Virus record (IMG/VR): IMGVR_UViG_3300045450_000252
Coordinates: 1-64,000 of that record
Direction: 5' to 3' (one strand)
Length of the DNA stretch: 64,000 bases
DNA from: a virus
Lineage: Duplodnaviria; Caudoviricetes
The notes below the pieces were generated by a model. That model searched no databases. It saw only the letters and a program-made list of their open reading frames with translations, and was not told the origin of the DNA. A program made the translations under genes and the position numbers. Position 1 is the stretch's first letter, and the number at the start of each line of letters is the position of its first letter. Positions 43,429 through 52,724 of this stretch are shown one piece after another.

Positions 43429-43620
43429 ATGCCCAGCGACCTGCTCACCGGGTCCGCGCCAGCCGGCCCTGTGGCCGAAGGTGCGCCCGCAGCGACCTGC
43501 CCGGCCCCTCCAGGTGCTCGGCGGGGCCGCCCGCCGGGCCGGGCCAGCCGGCGGTCCTTGCGCTGCCCGGCCAATCACTTTATCGCCCACGACCGTCCCG
43601 TTTTTCTTACCCAGCCATGA
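43429..43620 (+). CDS. Small Pro/Ala/Arg-rich ORF
   Basis: Homolog at 2036..2218. Confidence 0.45.
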   Translation: MPSDLLTGSAPAGPVAEGAPAATCPAPPGARRGRPPGRASRRSLRCPANHFIAHDRPVFLTQP

Positions 43621-43964
43621 GTCAAGTCACTGTGTATTCCTCAGCCCCCGAGACCACGCAGCTCGCCTGCGCCTTTCAGAACGCCCGCCGGGCGGGCCTG
43701 GGCGTGGTCGTGCTGCCCATCGCCCAGCTGCCGGCCACCGGCTCCAGTCGCAAGGAACTGCTGCGCCTGCGCGAGCAGCTGCTCGACGTCACGCAGCTGC
43801 TGGCCAACGTCGGCCTCAAGCTCGACCTGATAGAGACGGGCCAGCTCGTGCCCGACGCAGGGGAGGAGCCAGGCCTGCGCGCCGAGCGCGACAGCTTATT
43901 TGCCCGCCAGCGCGGGCTGTTGGCCAGCATTAAGCAGTTGGAAGGAGGGGTGGTAGGTGGCTGA
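43617..43964 (+). CDS. Phage hypothetical coiled-coil protein
   Basis: Homolog at 2221..2568. Confidence 0.8.
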   Translation: MSQVTVYSSAPETTQLACAFQNARRAGLGVVVLPIAQLPATGSSRKELLRLREQLLDVTQLLANVGLKLDLIETGQLVPDAGEEPGLRAERDSLFARQRGLLASIKQLEGGVVGG

Positions 43965-44745
43965 GACGAAGAAAATCCACCTGGCGCTGGACATTCCCGC
44001 GCCGCAGGCCGAGCTGTTTCGGGTGCTGGTGCACAACCTGAATTACCAAGACGTTGAAGACCCGACCAAGTACACCGGCCCCTCCGGCGTCGAGATTCTC
44101 TACGAGGAGGCGTGCCGGAGCAACGACGAGCCCACGGTCGAGTTCTCGCTCTGGTTCGACAAACCTGCGACAGCTTACTGGTTTGCCGGGCGCCTGCACG
44201 AGGCCAAAGCCGCGTGGCAGGTGATGGCGGCCGACGAGGCCGCCCGCGCGGCTTACCCTAAGTTTTTCTACCACCCGAAGCTGGTTACGTGGCTGCGCTA
44301 CAACTCGCCCGAGTGCTTCTGCCTCGTGTCGAGCACCCAGCTCCAAGTGCGGCGCGAGCGGGCGCAGGACTTATTCAAGGCGGAAGAAGTCGAGCCCACC
44401 ACGGAGCATGCTTTTCTGGAGGTCTACCTGCGCACCCGCGACGAGCTGCGCGGGTGCGCTACCAAGTCAGCCACCTACCAGCGCCGGGGCGCGCCGGGCC
44501 ACGAGTGGTTCTACTGCAATCCGCTGCACGCGGGCTCCTCCCTGCCCCAGCACGTACGGCTCTGCGCCACGGACGACGAATATGGCCGCTCGTGGCAGCT
44601 CATGTGGGCGCACGATACGAACCGGTTCGACGGCCGCCGCGTGGCCAGTACGGAACAGGAGTTTGAGCAGCAGCTGGCGGCTATGCTGGCTGACATCGCA
44701 GCTGTGGCCACAGGCCAGGCGGGAAGGGAGGTACGCCGTGGCTAA
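43957..44745 (+). CDS. Phage hypothetical protein
   Basis: GTG start overlapping upstream gene; not alignable to P1. Confidence 0.7.
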   Translation: MAETKKIHLALDIPAPQAELFRVLVHNLNYQDVEDPTKYTGPSGVEILYEEACRSNDEPTVEFSLWFDKPATAYWFAGRLHEAKAAWQVMAADEAARAAYPKFFYHPKLVTWLRYNSPECFCLVSSTQLQVRRERAQDLFKAEEVEPTTEHAFLEVYLRTRDELRGCATKSATYQRRGAPGHEWFYCNPLHAGSSLPQHVRLCATDDEYGRSWQLMWAHDTNRFDGRRVASTEQEFEQQLAAMLADIAAVATGQAGREVRRG

Positions 44746-45493
44746 GCTTTACAGCGTGCGCATCGACGAGGTGGCCACGGGCACGGGGCGCGTCGAGCTT
44801 ATCGGCAAGCGCCAGCCCCTGTATAGCCTGGAAGAAGTGTGCGTTTTTCTGCTGGAGTACACCCAGGCCTGGCAGCAACTGCCGCCGCCCTTGCCGGAAG
44901 CAATAGAGGCAGAATTCGAGGCGCAGCGGGCCACGCTGGCGGCCGAGGACGGCCCGCCGCTGCCCGGCTCGCGCAAATGCTACTTCACGCTGCACCCCTA
45001 CGAGCCCGACGAGCAGGGCGAAGTCATCGAGCAAATTATCACAATTCTGGAGATAATGGGTACGCTCTCGCCCGTGGGCCAGGCGGCGCTGGCGAGCCAG
45101 CAGGTGCTCGTGTCGGTGCTGCGCGCCCGCCAGTGCCGGGTGTGCGGCTGCACCGACACGGATAGTCGGGCCTGTATCGAGGCCACCGGCGGCCCCTGCC
45201 ACTGGGTCGGCCCCAACCTGTGCAGCGCCTGCACGCCGCAGGCCGAGCCGCTGGTCGAGATGCAGTGGGCGCTGAGTTTCGCCCAGGCCGCCGTCATCGA
45301 GCGCGCCCTGGCCGACCACAATGCGTTCGAGCACCGGCGGCACGAGGAGGCCTGGCAGCTGCGGGTAGTACACCGCAACGAGCGCGACTACTTCGTGTAC
45401 CTGACCATCGCTAAGGGCAATCTGGTGAGCGACGAACACTTGTTTGACCTGGGCTGGCAGGCTAGCCAGCTCGCTGGGCTACCCACCGACTAG
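44738..45493 (+). CDS. Phage hypothetical protein with CxxC...C..C metal-binding motif
   Basis: GTG 44738; RQCRVCGCTD...AC...GGPCHWVGPNLCSAC. Confidence 0.7.
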   Translation: MAKLYSVRIDEVATGTGRVELIGKRQPLYSLEEVCVFLLEYTQAWQQLPPPLPEAIEAEFEAQRATLAAEDGPPLPGSRKCYFTLHPYEPDEQGEVIEQIITILEIMGTLSPVGQAALASQQVLVSVLRARQCRVCGCTDTDSRACIEATGGPCHWVGPNLCSACTPQAEPLVEMQWALSFAQAAVIERALADHNAFEHRRHEEAWQLRVVHRNERDYFVYLTIAKGNLVSDEHLFDLGWQASQLAGLPTD

Positions 45494-45516
45494 TAACACG
45501 CTGACTTTATCCCCTC

Positions 45517-45602
45517 TCGTCTAACGAAGACACGCAGCGCCCGCCTCTTCCCGGTCGGCTCGGGTGCTGTGGATGCCGGCTCGACGCCGGCCAGGGGAGC
45601 AC
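45517..45602 (+). ncRNA. Putative structured RNA, copy 2
   Basis: 79/86 nt identical to 4135..4220 with covariation. Confidence 0.6.
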
Positions 45603-45637
45603 CATTTATCCGTTTCCACTACTCTTTCCGCTTGCTC

Positions 45638-46219
45638 ATGTCCCGTTCTGCCTTTACCCCCAAGCTGCGCCTCAACTTCACTAAAACCTGGAAAAAGGTG
45701 CTGCACTACGTGCGCCAGCCCCAACTCATCGCCCCGGCCCCGCCACCCGCGCACCTGGCCGAGGCCCTGGCCCCGCAGCAGACCATCAAGCGGCCCCAGC
45801 TCAAGGGCAACCTGGTGCATACGCTCAAGGAAATCCTGCGCATTTTCATTGCCAACTGGACGGCCGCCCGCGCCCCCATCAACCTGGCCATCCAAACCAC
45901 CCGCGCCGCCATGGCCAAGGCCGGCAACAACCGTGACCCTAAAACGGCCTACCGCCACATCCTGGCCCTCATCGAGTACGGCTTCCTGCGCGGCAAAGTG
46001 CAGGTCAAGGGCGGGCTGCAACTGCTGCTCAACCCCGACCTGCTCGTGTTCGACGAGGCCAAGGGTGGGGGCGCTACGGCCGCTGGAGCCGCCCCGGCCA
46101 TCCTGGGCCTGACGCCGGCCGCTCTGGCCGGGCCAGTCGCCCCCACGCCTGCTGCCGGCCTGGCCGGGCTGCTGGCCGCCGCCCAAAATTTGAAAGGGCC
46201 GATGTGGATAACTTCTTAA
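45638..46219 (+). CDS. Winged-HTH replication-associated protein
   Basis: TTRAAMAKAGNNRDPKTAYRHILALIEYGFL wHTH; start ATG 45638. Confidence 0.65.
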   Translation: MSRSAFTPKLRLNFTKTWKKVLHYVRQPQLIAPAPPPAHLAEALAPQQTIKRPQLKGNLVHTLKEILRIFIANWTAARAPINLAIQTTRAAMAKAGNNRDPKTAYRHILALIEYGFLRGKVQVKGGLQLLLNPDLLVFDEAKGGGATAAGAAPAILGLTPAALAGPVAPTPAAGLAGLLAAAQNLKGPMWITS

Positions 46220-46380
46220 AAAGCTTAATGCGGGCATTTTTCCCAGCTTTATAGCAGTGGGGCGCAGCCCCACTGCCTGAGGACTCCCATAAAAGCTATG
46301 CATGATAGGAACGGTCGTTTTTCGCCCGACTTATCCACGCCCCGGGTGTCGATAAGTCGGGGCTAGCTGAAAAAAAAAGA
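46200..46380. other. Candidate P2 replication origin
   Basis: DnaA box TGTGGATAA 46203..46211, TTATCCACG 46331, hairpin CCCGACTTATC/GATAAGTCGGG, A-run. Confidence 0.6.
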
Positions 46381-46476
46381 GGGGCGGGCCGCGTCGAGCG
46401 GCTCGCAGGCACCTGCCCCACCGCCCCCGGCGCGTGGGTAGGGGCCGCCAGTGCCAACATTTTTAAAAACCCACCC

Positions 46477-47757
46477 GTGCAGCTCACTTCTCCCACCCTG
46501 AGCGCGAAGGCCGCCCGTGCGGCCGACAAGCAGATTCCGCTGCTCAGCATCATGGCCAAGCTCGGCCACCAGCCCGCCGGCCCGCCGGCCGCGGGCGGCA
46601 ACTACTACTACACCTCGCCCTTCCGGCCGCAGGAAAAAACGCCCAGCTTCGTAGTGTGCGCACCCAAAAACGTGTGGAGCGACTTCGGCGGCACGCCCAA
46701 GCCCGGCAAGAAGGCCGACGGCGGCGACGTGCTGGAGTTGATAATGCGCCTCACCGACTTTGACCTGCCTCGGGCGCGCCTGGTGCTGCGGGCCTGGGCC
46801 GCCGACCTGGCCACGCCGGCCGAGCTGGCGCTGCCGGCCGCCACGCCGGGGCAGACCTACGTCATGGATAAAGTCACTTTTAGCGACGTGCGGGTCGAGC
46901 CCCTGACGTGGGCTCCACTCGTAGAGTACCTCACGAGTCGGGGCATCAACTGGCCTCTGGTGCAGCGCAACGCCAGTACGCTGGCCCACTTGCAGCAGAT
47001 TTTCTACCGCACGAGTACCAGCACCCGCGAGAAGCCCTACTTCGGGCTGGGCTGGAAGACATCGGCCGGCTGGGAGGTGCGTAGCAAGAATTTCCAGGGC
47101 ACCATCGGCGGCAAGGGCCTGACCTGGTTGCTGGGTCAGAACCGCAGCGAGGTGATGATTTTCGAGGGCTTCCTCGACTACCTCTCGGCCCTGACGCACT
47201 TTGGCCAGAGCCGCTTCGAGCAGACGGTGCTCATCCTCAACTCGGTGAGCATGCTGGCCGAGGCCCTGCCCACGCTGCTGCAGGCGCGGGGCGTGCACTG
47301 GTTCGGTGACAACGACGCGGCCGGCGAGCGCGCCCTGTGGCTGCTGCGCGAAGCCCTGGGCCACGCCCGGGTAAAGGCTCACAACGAACTCTACCGGGGC
47401 TACAAGGACGTCAACGACTTCCTGACCAACACCCCGCCGGCCAAGCCCCTGCCCCCCAGGCGGGCCGAGCCCAGCCCGCTCAGCCAAACCGCGCAGTACT
47501 GGCTCTACGTGGTCTTCAACGAGCGCGCCCCCGGCACGCCGGCCGCGGCCGGCAAGAAGCGCACCTGCACCTTCTACTCCTGGACCAACGACGCCACCGG
47601 CCTGGAATACCTGCGCGTGCTACGCAACCGCCTGGGCGAGCAGATGGCCTACTTCCGCCTCTGCGAGCGCACCCACGGCCGCAGCTTCAAGATTTTAGAA
47701 TACGCTGGCCTGCACCAGCCCGTACCGCAGATTCCGCATGAGACTGCCGCATCTTGA
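46477..47757 (+). CDS. DNA primase (CHC2-like N-terminus plus Toprim)
   Basis: SPFR..EKTPSF, W.DFG, IFEGFLDYLS, GDNDAAG, YKDVNDFL. Confidence 0.88.
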   Translation: MQLTSPTLSAKAARAADKQIPLLSIMAKLGHQPAGPPAAGGNYYYTSPFRPQEKTPSFVVCAPKNVWSDFGGTPKPGKKADGGDVLELIMRLTDFDLPRARLVLRAWAADLATPAELALPAATPGQTYVMDKVTFSDVRVEPLTWAPLVEYLTSRGINWPLVQRNASTLAHLQQIFYRTSTSTREKPYFGLGWKTSAGWEVRSKNFQGTIGGKGLTWLLGQNRSEVMIFEGFLDYLSALTHFGQSRFEQTVLILNSVSMLAEALPTLLQARGVHWFGDNDAAGERALWLLREALGHARVKAHNELYRGYKDVNDFLTNTPPAKPLPPRRAEPSPLSQTAQYWLYVVFNERAPGTPAAAGKKRTCTFYSWTNDATGLEYLRVLRNRLGEQMAYFRLCERTHGRSFKILEYAGLHQPVPQIPHETAAS

Positions 47758-48100
47758 CCAAAAAATCGACCTACACTGGGGTGATGCGGCACTGTTGGCC
47801 CACGCCATCGAGCACGTGCTCTGCGAGCAACTCGAGCTCGAGCAGCCCGCCCGGCCCAGCTGGGAGATGGCCCTGGCCATGGGGCCGCTCTACCGGGTGC
47901 GCGCCCGCCTGCTGGGCCGCGCCGGCGTGGAGCGCCACCACCAGGGGCCGCGCCCCCGCAAGCCCTGGAAGCTCACCCTGCGCTACGACGAGGTAGTAGC
48001 CCTCCTGTTCATTCTGCCCCAGGCCCCGCTGGCCGGCCAGGCCTGGGGCGCGGTGCAGCAGGCCAGCTTCGCCCTGGAGCGTTACGTGAATTTTTCGTGA
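47738..48100 (+). CDS. Conserved phage hypothetical protein
   Basis: Homolog at 5955..6311. Confidence 0.85.
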   Translation: MRLPHLDQKIDLHWGDAALLAHAIEHVLCEQLELEQPARPSWEMALAMGPLYRVRARLLGRAGVERHHQGPRPRKPWKLTLRYDEVVALLFILPQAPLAGQAWGAVQQASFALERYVNFS

Positions 48101-48116
48101 GAAGCCCGGCTTGTTC

Positions 48117-48151
48117 GTCCTTGAGGGCAGGGGAGGGGGACGGTAATTTTC
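48117..48151 (+). promoter_or_regulatory. Late-promoter-like motif, site 6 (variant)
   Basis: GTCCTTG...TAATTTTC at the same spacing; syntenic with 6677. Confidence 0.5.
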
Positions 48152-48178
48152 TACACCCAACCTAGCGCCGCACGTGTT

Positions 48179-48697
48179 ATGCTCCACACCTTTACCATTC
48201 CCGTCAAGCCCCACGTGCGCAAGTACCTGCTGCACCACCTGCGTGCGGGCTACAAGCTCACGCAGCTCGACGCCTTCGGCCGGCACCTGCGCCTGCTGCT
48301 GGAGCGCAAGCGCAAGAACAATTTTCTCAACGGCTTCACCGAGCGATACACGGCCAGCTTCGGGGTGTCGGTAGAGGGTAACCTCATCTTGCAGAAGCGC
48401 TTGCGGGCGCTCAACTCGAAGGAGATTATCGACTTCAACAACTTCGTGGAGGACGTTATCAAGACCGAGTTCTACGGCCTGGTCGACAACCGCCTCAGCT
48501 TCGGGCTGAGCCAGTACGGGGCCATTCAGCAGTTTCGGGCCAAGTACGATTTCCAGGACGAGGACATTACCCACGACGCTCTCAAGAAGGCCTGGCAGCG
48601 CTACGATGCTGAGCGCCGGCTCGCGGCCGCGCCCCAGAATTGTGTTTCAGTTTGTCCCCTACCCGTGGCCGTGGCCCAGCACCGGCTCGTGGCCTAG
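48179..48697 (+). CDS. Conserved phage protein, candidate late-gene regulator
   Basis: Homolog at 6715..7281. Confidence 0.75.
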   Translation: MLHTFTIPVKPHVRKYLLHHLRAGYKLTQLDAFGRHLRLLLERKRKNNFLNGFTERYTASFGVSVEGNLILQKRLRALNSKEIIDFNNFVEDVIKTEFYGLVDNRLSFGLSQYGAIQQFRAKYDFQDEDITHDALKKAWQRYDAERRLAAAPQNCVSVCPLPVAVAQHRLVA

Positions 48698-48753
48698 CAA
48701 AAAGGCAGCATTCGACAAGAAAAATGTTTCAGTTTGTCCCCTAGTCCCGGCTG

Positions 48754-49413
48754 ATGCTTTCCCCCTACGAGCTGCGCAACGTGGTGCAGGTGCCCGCCGA
48801 TAACCTGGGCGGCATTGAGGCGCTCTGGTACGCCCGCGTGAGCGACCTGCTTGACTTCGACGACTTGGGTGAGCTGCCCATTGGCCAGCTCACCCTCAAG
48901 CCGGGTGCCTGTTGGTATCAGCTCGTGAGCACCCGGGGCACGGTGCGCTACAAGCAGACTCCGAAACCCCTGGGCCGGCACGGCGAGAGCTACGGCCAGA
49001 AGCTCACGGGCACCGTGCCCCGGCACACGGCCGAGCTGGTGGCCGGCCTCGAGGCGCTCGAGGGCCAGGAGCTGGTCGTGCTCTACCGCGACCACAACGG
49101 GCAGGTGCAGCTCGTAGGCACGCCCGAGCAGCCGCTGGCCTGGTCTGACACCTACGACTCGGGCGAGGTAATGCAGGGCCAGCGCAACAACTACGACTGG
49201 ACGCTGGAGGGCGAAACACCCCGCCGCGCCCGGCCTTACCTGGGCACCTGGCTCGTGAGCGGCGTGGGCCTGGCCGGCGGCGTGAGCCTGGGCAGTGGGG
49301 CCGGGGGCGAAGTCTACCTGCGCGACCGCGCCGGCAACCTGCTGGCCACCGTGCCCGCCGGCAAAACCATCATTGTGCGCTCGGGCTTCCGGGTCGCTTT
49401 CTCCATTATATAG
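48754..49413 (+). CDS. Tail-tube-like paralog
   Basis: Homolog at 7286..7936. Confidence 0.6.
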   Translation: MLSPYELRNVVQVPADNLGGIEALWYARVSDLLDFDDLGELPIGQLTLKPGACWYQLVSTRGTVRYKQTPKPLGRHGESYGQKLTGTVPRHTAELVAGLEALEGQELVVLYRDHNGQVQLVGTPEQPLAWSDTYDSGEVMQGQRNNYDWTLEGETPRRARPYLGTWLVSGVGLAGGVSLGSGAGGEVYLRDRAGNLLATVPAGKTIIVRSGFRVAFSII

Positions 49414-49421
49414 CCCCGCCC

Positions 49422-50318
49422 GTGCTTACTCCCGCTCAACTTAAGCAGCGCACCGACGACCGCTTCCCTGATAACGATTTCTTATTCATCACGCCCAAGT
49501 CGTTCCGCGACCAGGGCGATGATATGCTGGCCACCTTCGTGCCGCTGGCCGAAGCCAATGTGCCCGCCTATGACCCCACGCGCTTTTATGCCGAGGAGTA
49601 CCTGGTCACCTTCGACGGCCTCTACTACCGGGCCAAGGTGCAGGGCTTTCTACCCGCGCCCACCCCGGGCCAGGAAACAGCCGAGTGGCTGCCGGACTTA
49701 AAGCCACTGCCGGCGACGGTGCCCTACCGCGAGCTGACGGTGCTCCAGGCCCAGGACTGGGCCAGCGACGGGCTACTGGTGCCCAGCACCTTATACCGCC
49801 TGCAAGGCCGCGTCACTGCCACTGGCGACCCGCTCGCCGACGTGCTGGTGGTGGCCGTATCGCGGCACCACCTCAGTGAGGCCGACGCCTACACCGTAAG
49901 CCTCGACGCGCAAACCCGCCAGGAGCAGGTGCTGCCGGTGAGCTACTCGCTGGCCACCGATACGACGGGAGCACGGGCGGCCGGCGGGGGCGGTACCAGC
50001 TACAGCGACGAGCAGGCCCGCGCCGCGCCGCTGGACCGCGTGGCCCCGGCCGGCACGACCACCGTGACGCTCACGGCCGAGTCGCCAGAAGATTATGGCA
50101 CGGCCGCCAGCGGCACCTTCACGGTGGACGGCACCGGCTGCGTGGTCGGCAAAGAGGCTTATTTCGACATCAGCGCGGGTGGCACGGCTCCGCTTTTTAC
50201 CAAGGCCCCGTCTGGCCAGCCCTTCGATATGACGCTGGCCAAGTTCGTGAGCGGTGTTCTCAACCGCTATGCCGTGCGGGTATTTCCAAACCGGATTGAG
50301 GTAATCCGTACCAAATGA
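49422..50318 (+). CDS. Virion fibre/decoration-like protein
   Basis: Homolog at 7947..8840; contains 382-bp identical block. Confidence 0.65.
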   Translation: MLTPAQLKQRTDDRFPDNDFLFITPKSFRDQGDDMLATFVPLAEANVPAYDPTRFYAEEYLVTFDGLYYRAKVQGFLPAPTPGQETAEWLPDLKPLPATVPYRELTVLQAQDWASDGLLVPSTLYRLQGRVTATGDPLADVLVVAVSRHHLSEADAYTVSLDAQTRQEQVLPVSYSLATDTTGARAAGGGGTSYSDEQARAAPLDRVAPAGTTTVTLTAESPEDYGTAASGTFTVDGTGCVVGKEAYFDISAGGTAPLFTKAPSGQPFDMTLAKFVSGVLNRYAVRVFPNRIEVIRTK

Positions 50319-51046
50319 GCGCCTACTACGCCCGCCGCCGCGCCGCTGCGCTTCAGTTCGACCGCCCCACCGGGGCGGCCTTTCGCTTCACGGGCGAGTC
50401 GCTGCAAGCCAGTGGCGGGCTGGTGAGCGGCTGGCGTGATGAAGTCAGCGGCCTCGTGCTGCCAGCAAACGGGCAGATAGCCTACACGCCAGCCGACGCC
50501 CGGCTCAATAATCAGCCCACTGCTACCATCAGCCGCACCGACTACTTCGGCAGCTTTCAGCTCAACGTCACGGGGCCGCTGACCGTGGCCATCGTCTGCC
50601 GTCTGGAGCGCCGGGCCGACGAGTTTTACCAGAGTGGCCTCTTTGTGCAGCAGGCCCCGAACGGTAGTTTTTCGGGCCTCAATGCTGGCCAGTACGGGCG
50701 CAACCCCGCCTGGAACGGGCGCGGGCGGGACTTCGTCAACACCACCGGCTACGATGCATTGGCCCCACGCGCCCACGTGGCCAGCCTGCGCAATGCCTTT
50801 GATATTAGTACTCTACGCTTATTTCAAAACAATACCGAGCTCAGTCCGCTCCAGGTTGGCGACAACGTGCAGGCCACCTCTTCGACCTGCTGGATAGGCC
50901 ATTTGTACGCGGATACCCAGTTCAATATCTGTGGCCCCGTCGCCTACGCGGAGGGGTTTACCCGCGTGCTTACAGAAGACGAATTGCTGAGCCTGAATGG
51001 CTGGCTGGCTCAGCAGTATGACCTCACCGAACTTATCCTCGACTAA
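50315..51046 (+). CDS. LamG-like receptor-binding candidate
   Basis: N-terminus conserved with 8837..9574, remainder strongly diverged. Confidence 0.55.
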   Translation: MSAYYARRRAAALQFDRPTGAAFRFTGESLQASGGLVSGWRDEVSGLVLPANGQIAYTPADARLNNQPTATISRTDYFGSFQLNVTGPLTVAIVCRLERRADEFYQSGLFVQQAPNGSFSGLNAGQYGRNPAWNGRGRDFVNTTGYDALAPRAHVASLRNAFDISTLRLFQNNTELSPLQVGDNVQATSSTCWIGHLYADTQFNICGPVAYAEGFTRVLTEDELLSLNGWLAQQYDLTELILD

Positions 51047-51047
51047 G

Positions 51048-52049
51048 ATGCTCGTACGTGCCCCGCGCAAAAACCTGCGCCTACTGCTGCCAGATGTGGT
51101 TATCGGCCGCACCACCTTCAAACAAGTGGCCTACGTCACCCGGCAAGGCTTCACGCAGCCCCGCTCGACTGGCGAGGTTTCTGCCGCCATCGTGGCCGAG
51201 GTCGTGCGCTACGCCGTGGACGAGAGCCAGCCGGACGGGCTGGGCGTGGAGCTGGCCGAGTTCAACCCCCGCGACCCGGTGCGCCTGATTGGCACCAACG
51301 ACACGCTCCTGTATGCCGACACGGGCGAGGTATCCCTACAGCGCACCACCGAGGCGCTGCCCGACTGGCTGGCTGCTTGCCAGGCGAAGGCAATGGAGGA
51401 GGAGCCCCGGTCGGTGATTTGGCAAAGCGATGCGTTCGAGCTGCTGCTGGAGCAAGAGGTAGTCGTCGCGCAGATTCGCCACCACTTAGCTGCTGCGCTA
51501 GCCTATCATTTCGCGCCCAATGATGCCGCCGATCAACTCATGTTGTGCAATGCACCACCTACTTCACTACTTAGCGAACAACTGGGGCCGCTGCCTGCTG
51601 GTAGCTCTGACTGCCGCTGTTGTCGCTGCCGGCACGTTACTACTACCTGTCTCTTTTCAACCCTAACCTCGCGCCCCGGCCCACTCGGCCGGGGCTTTTT
51701 ATTGTCCTTTTTGCGGGCGCGGACCGCTGGCAGCTTTGCATCATTCAATCCTGCAAGATGCTCGGTCTCGTTTCCCGCTTATCCTCTTCGCCCTGGGCGC
51801 TTTCGCTGGCCCACGCGCACTCCTCGCTGCCGCTACTGGCCAGCCTACTCATGGGCACGGCCTCGGTGCAGGAGGCTGACTTTGCCGCGGCCCGCGCCGC
51901 CGCTGCTCCCGTCGACTACCAGGTTACGCTGGCCACGCGCTCGGGCTTCGTGGCCTACGGTGCCCGCCAACAGGCCGGCCCGGGCGGCACCGGCGGGGGT
52001 ACCACCGACGGCATCCTGGTGCGCGTCATGTCGGTGGAGGGGCCGCTGA
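51048..52049 (+). CDS. Homolog of 9576..10112 lacking its stop; tail past ~51590 probably spurious
   Basis: GAA-TGA in P1 is GAA-CAA here, so the frame runs through a terminator into the protease gene. Confidence 0.55.
   Translation: MLVRAPRKNLRLLLPDVVIGRTTFKQVAYVTRQGFTQPRSTGEVSAAIVAEVVRYAVDESQPDGLGVELAEFNPRDPVRLIGTNDTLLYADTGEVSLQRTTEALPDWLAACQAKAMEEEPRSVIWQSDAFELLLEQEVVVAQIRHHLAAALAYHFAPNDAADQLMLCNAPPTSLLSEQLGPLPAGSSDCRCCRCRHVTTTCLFSTLTSRPGPLGRGFLLSFLRARTAGSFASFNPARCSVSFPAYPLRPGRFRWPTRTPRCRYWPAYSWARPRCRRLTLPRPAPPLLPSTTRLRWPRARASWPTVPANRPARAAPAGVPPTASWCASCRWRGR
51550..51666 (+). CDS. 38-aa single-TM peptide
   Basis: MHHLLHYLANNWGRCLLVALTAAVVAAGTLLLPVSFQP*, ends just before terminator. Confidence 0.45.
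   Translation: MHHLLHYLANNWGRCLLVALTAAVVAAGTLLLPVSFQP
51673..51700 (+). terminator. Rho-independent terminator
   Basis: GCCCCGGCC-CACTC-GGCCGGGGC-TTTTT. Confidence 0.85.
51704..51738 (+). promoter_or_regulatory. Late-promoter-like motif, site 7
   Basis: GTCCTTT...CAGCTTTG, 34-bp spacing; ATG 20 nt later as at site 2. Confidence 0.65.
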
Positions 52050-52699
52050 TGAAGGCCGACCAGTTTTGCGGCCCCACGGGCCTGATGACGCTGGCCAGCA
52101 ACCTACAGCGCACGGCCAAGGACTCGGATATCTCGGCCGTACTGCTCAAGGTGGACTCGCCCGGTGGCCAGGTATATGGCACCCAGAGCGTGGTCGACGC
52201 CATCCAGGCGTGCCAGGATGCGGGTAAGCCCGTCGTCGCCCTGTGCGAGGACGGGCTGATGTGCTCGGCCGCCTACTGGATTGGCTCCAAGGCCAATACC
52301 ATCATCGCCAGCCACGAGTCGTGCACCATCGGCAGCATCGGCGTGATGGCGAGCTGGACCGACGTGCAGCCCTACTTCGAGAAGCTGGGCGTGGCCTTCC
52401 ACCAGGTGTATGCCGAGCAGTCGAGCCAGAAGAACGCCGACTTCGCCGCCGCTGCCCAGGGCGACTACTCGGGCGTGCAGGCTGGCCTGACGGCTATCGC
52501 CGGCTCCTTCCTGGGCGCGGTGCAGGCCAACCGCGCCGGTAAGCTCGACGCCAGAAAATTCGACAAGTCGGGGGCCAGCCAGGGCAAGACCTTCTTCGCC
52601 AGCGAGGCCGGCGACATCGGCCTTATTGACGCCATCGGCTCCTTCCAGGACGCGCTGGGCGAGTGCGTGCGCCTGGTGCAAGCCCAGCAAAAATCATAG
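51758..52699 (+). CDS. S49 prohead protease
   Basis: DSPGG, MCSAAYWI, GSIGV; start ATG 51758. Confidence 0.88.
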   Translation: MLGLVSRLSSSPWALSLAHAHSSLPLLASLLMGTASVQEADFAAARAAAAPVDYQVTLATRSGFVAYGARQQAGPGGTGGGTTDGILVRVMSVEGPLMKADQFCGPTGLMTLASNLQRTAKDSDISAVLLKVDSPGGQVYGTQSVVDAIQACQDAGKPVVALCEDGLMCSAAYWIGSKANTIIASHESCTIGSIGVMASWTDVQPYFEKLGVAFHQVYAEQSSQKNADFAAAAQGDYSGVQAGLTAIAGSFLGAVQANRAGKLDARKFDKSGASQGKTFFASEAGDIGLIDAIGSFQDALGECVRLVQAQQKS

Positions 52700-52724
52700 T
52701 CTCCTCTTTTTCACCTCACTACTC

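Noticed and set aside
51590-52049. C-terminal Cys/Arg-rich domain of the 350-aa ORF
   Set aside because: Spans a terminator, a promoter and the protease gene out of frame; composition is not domain-like
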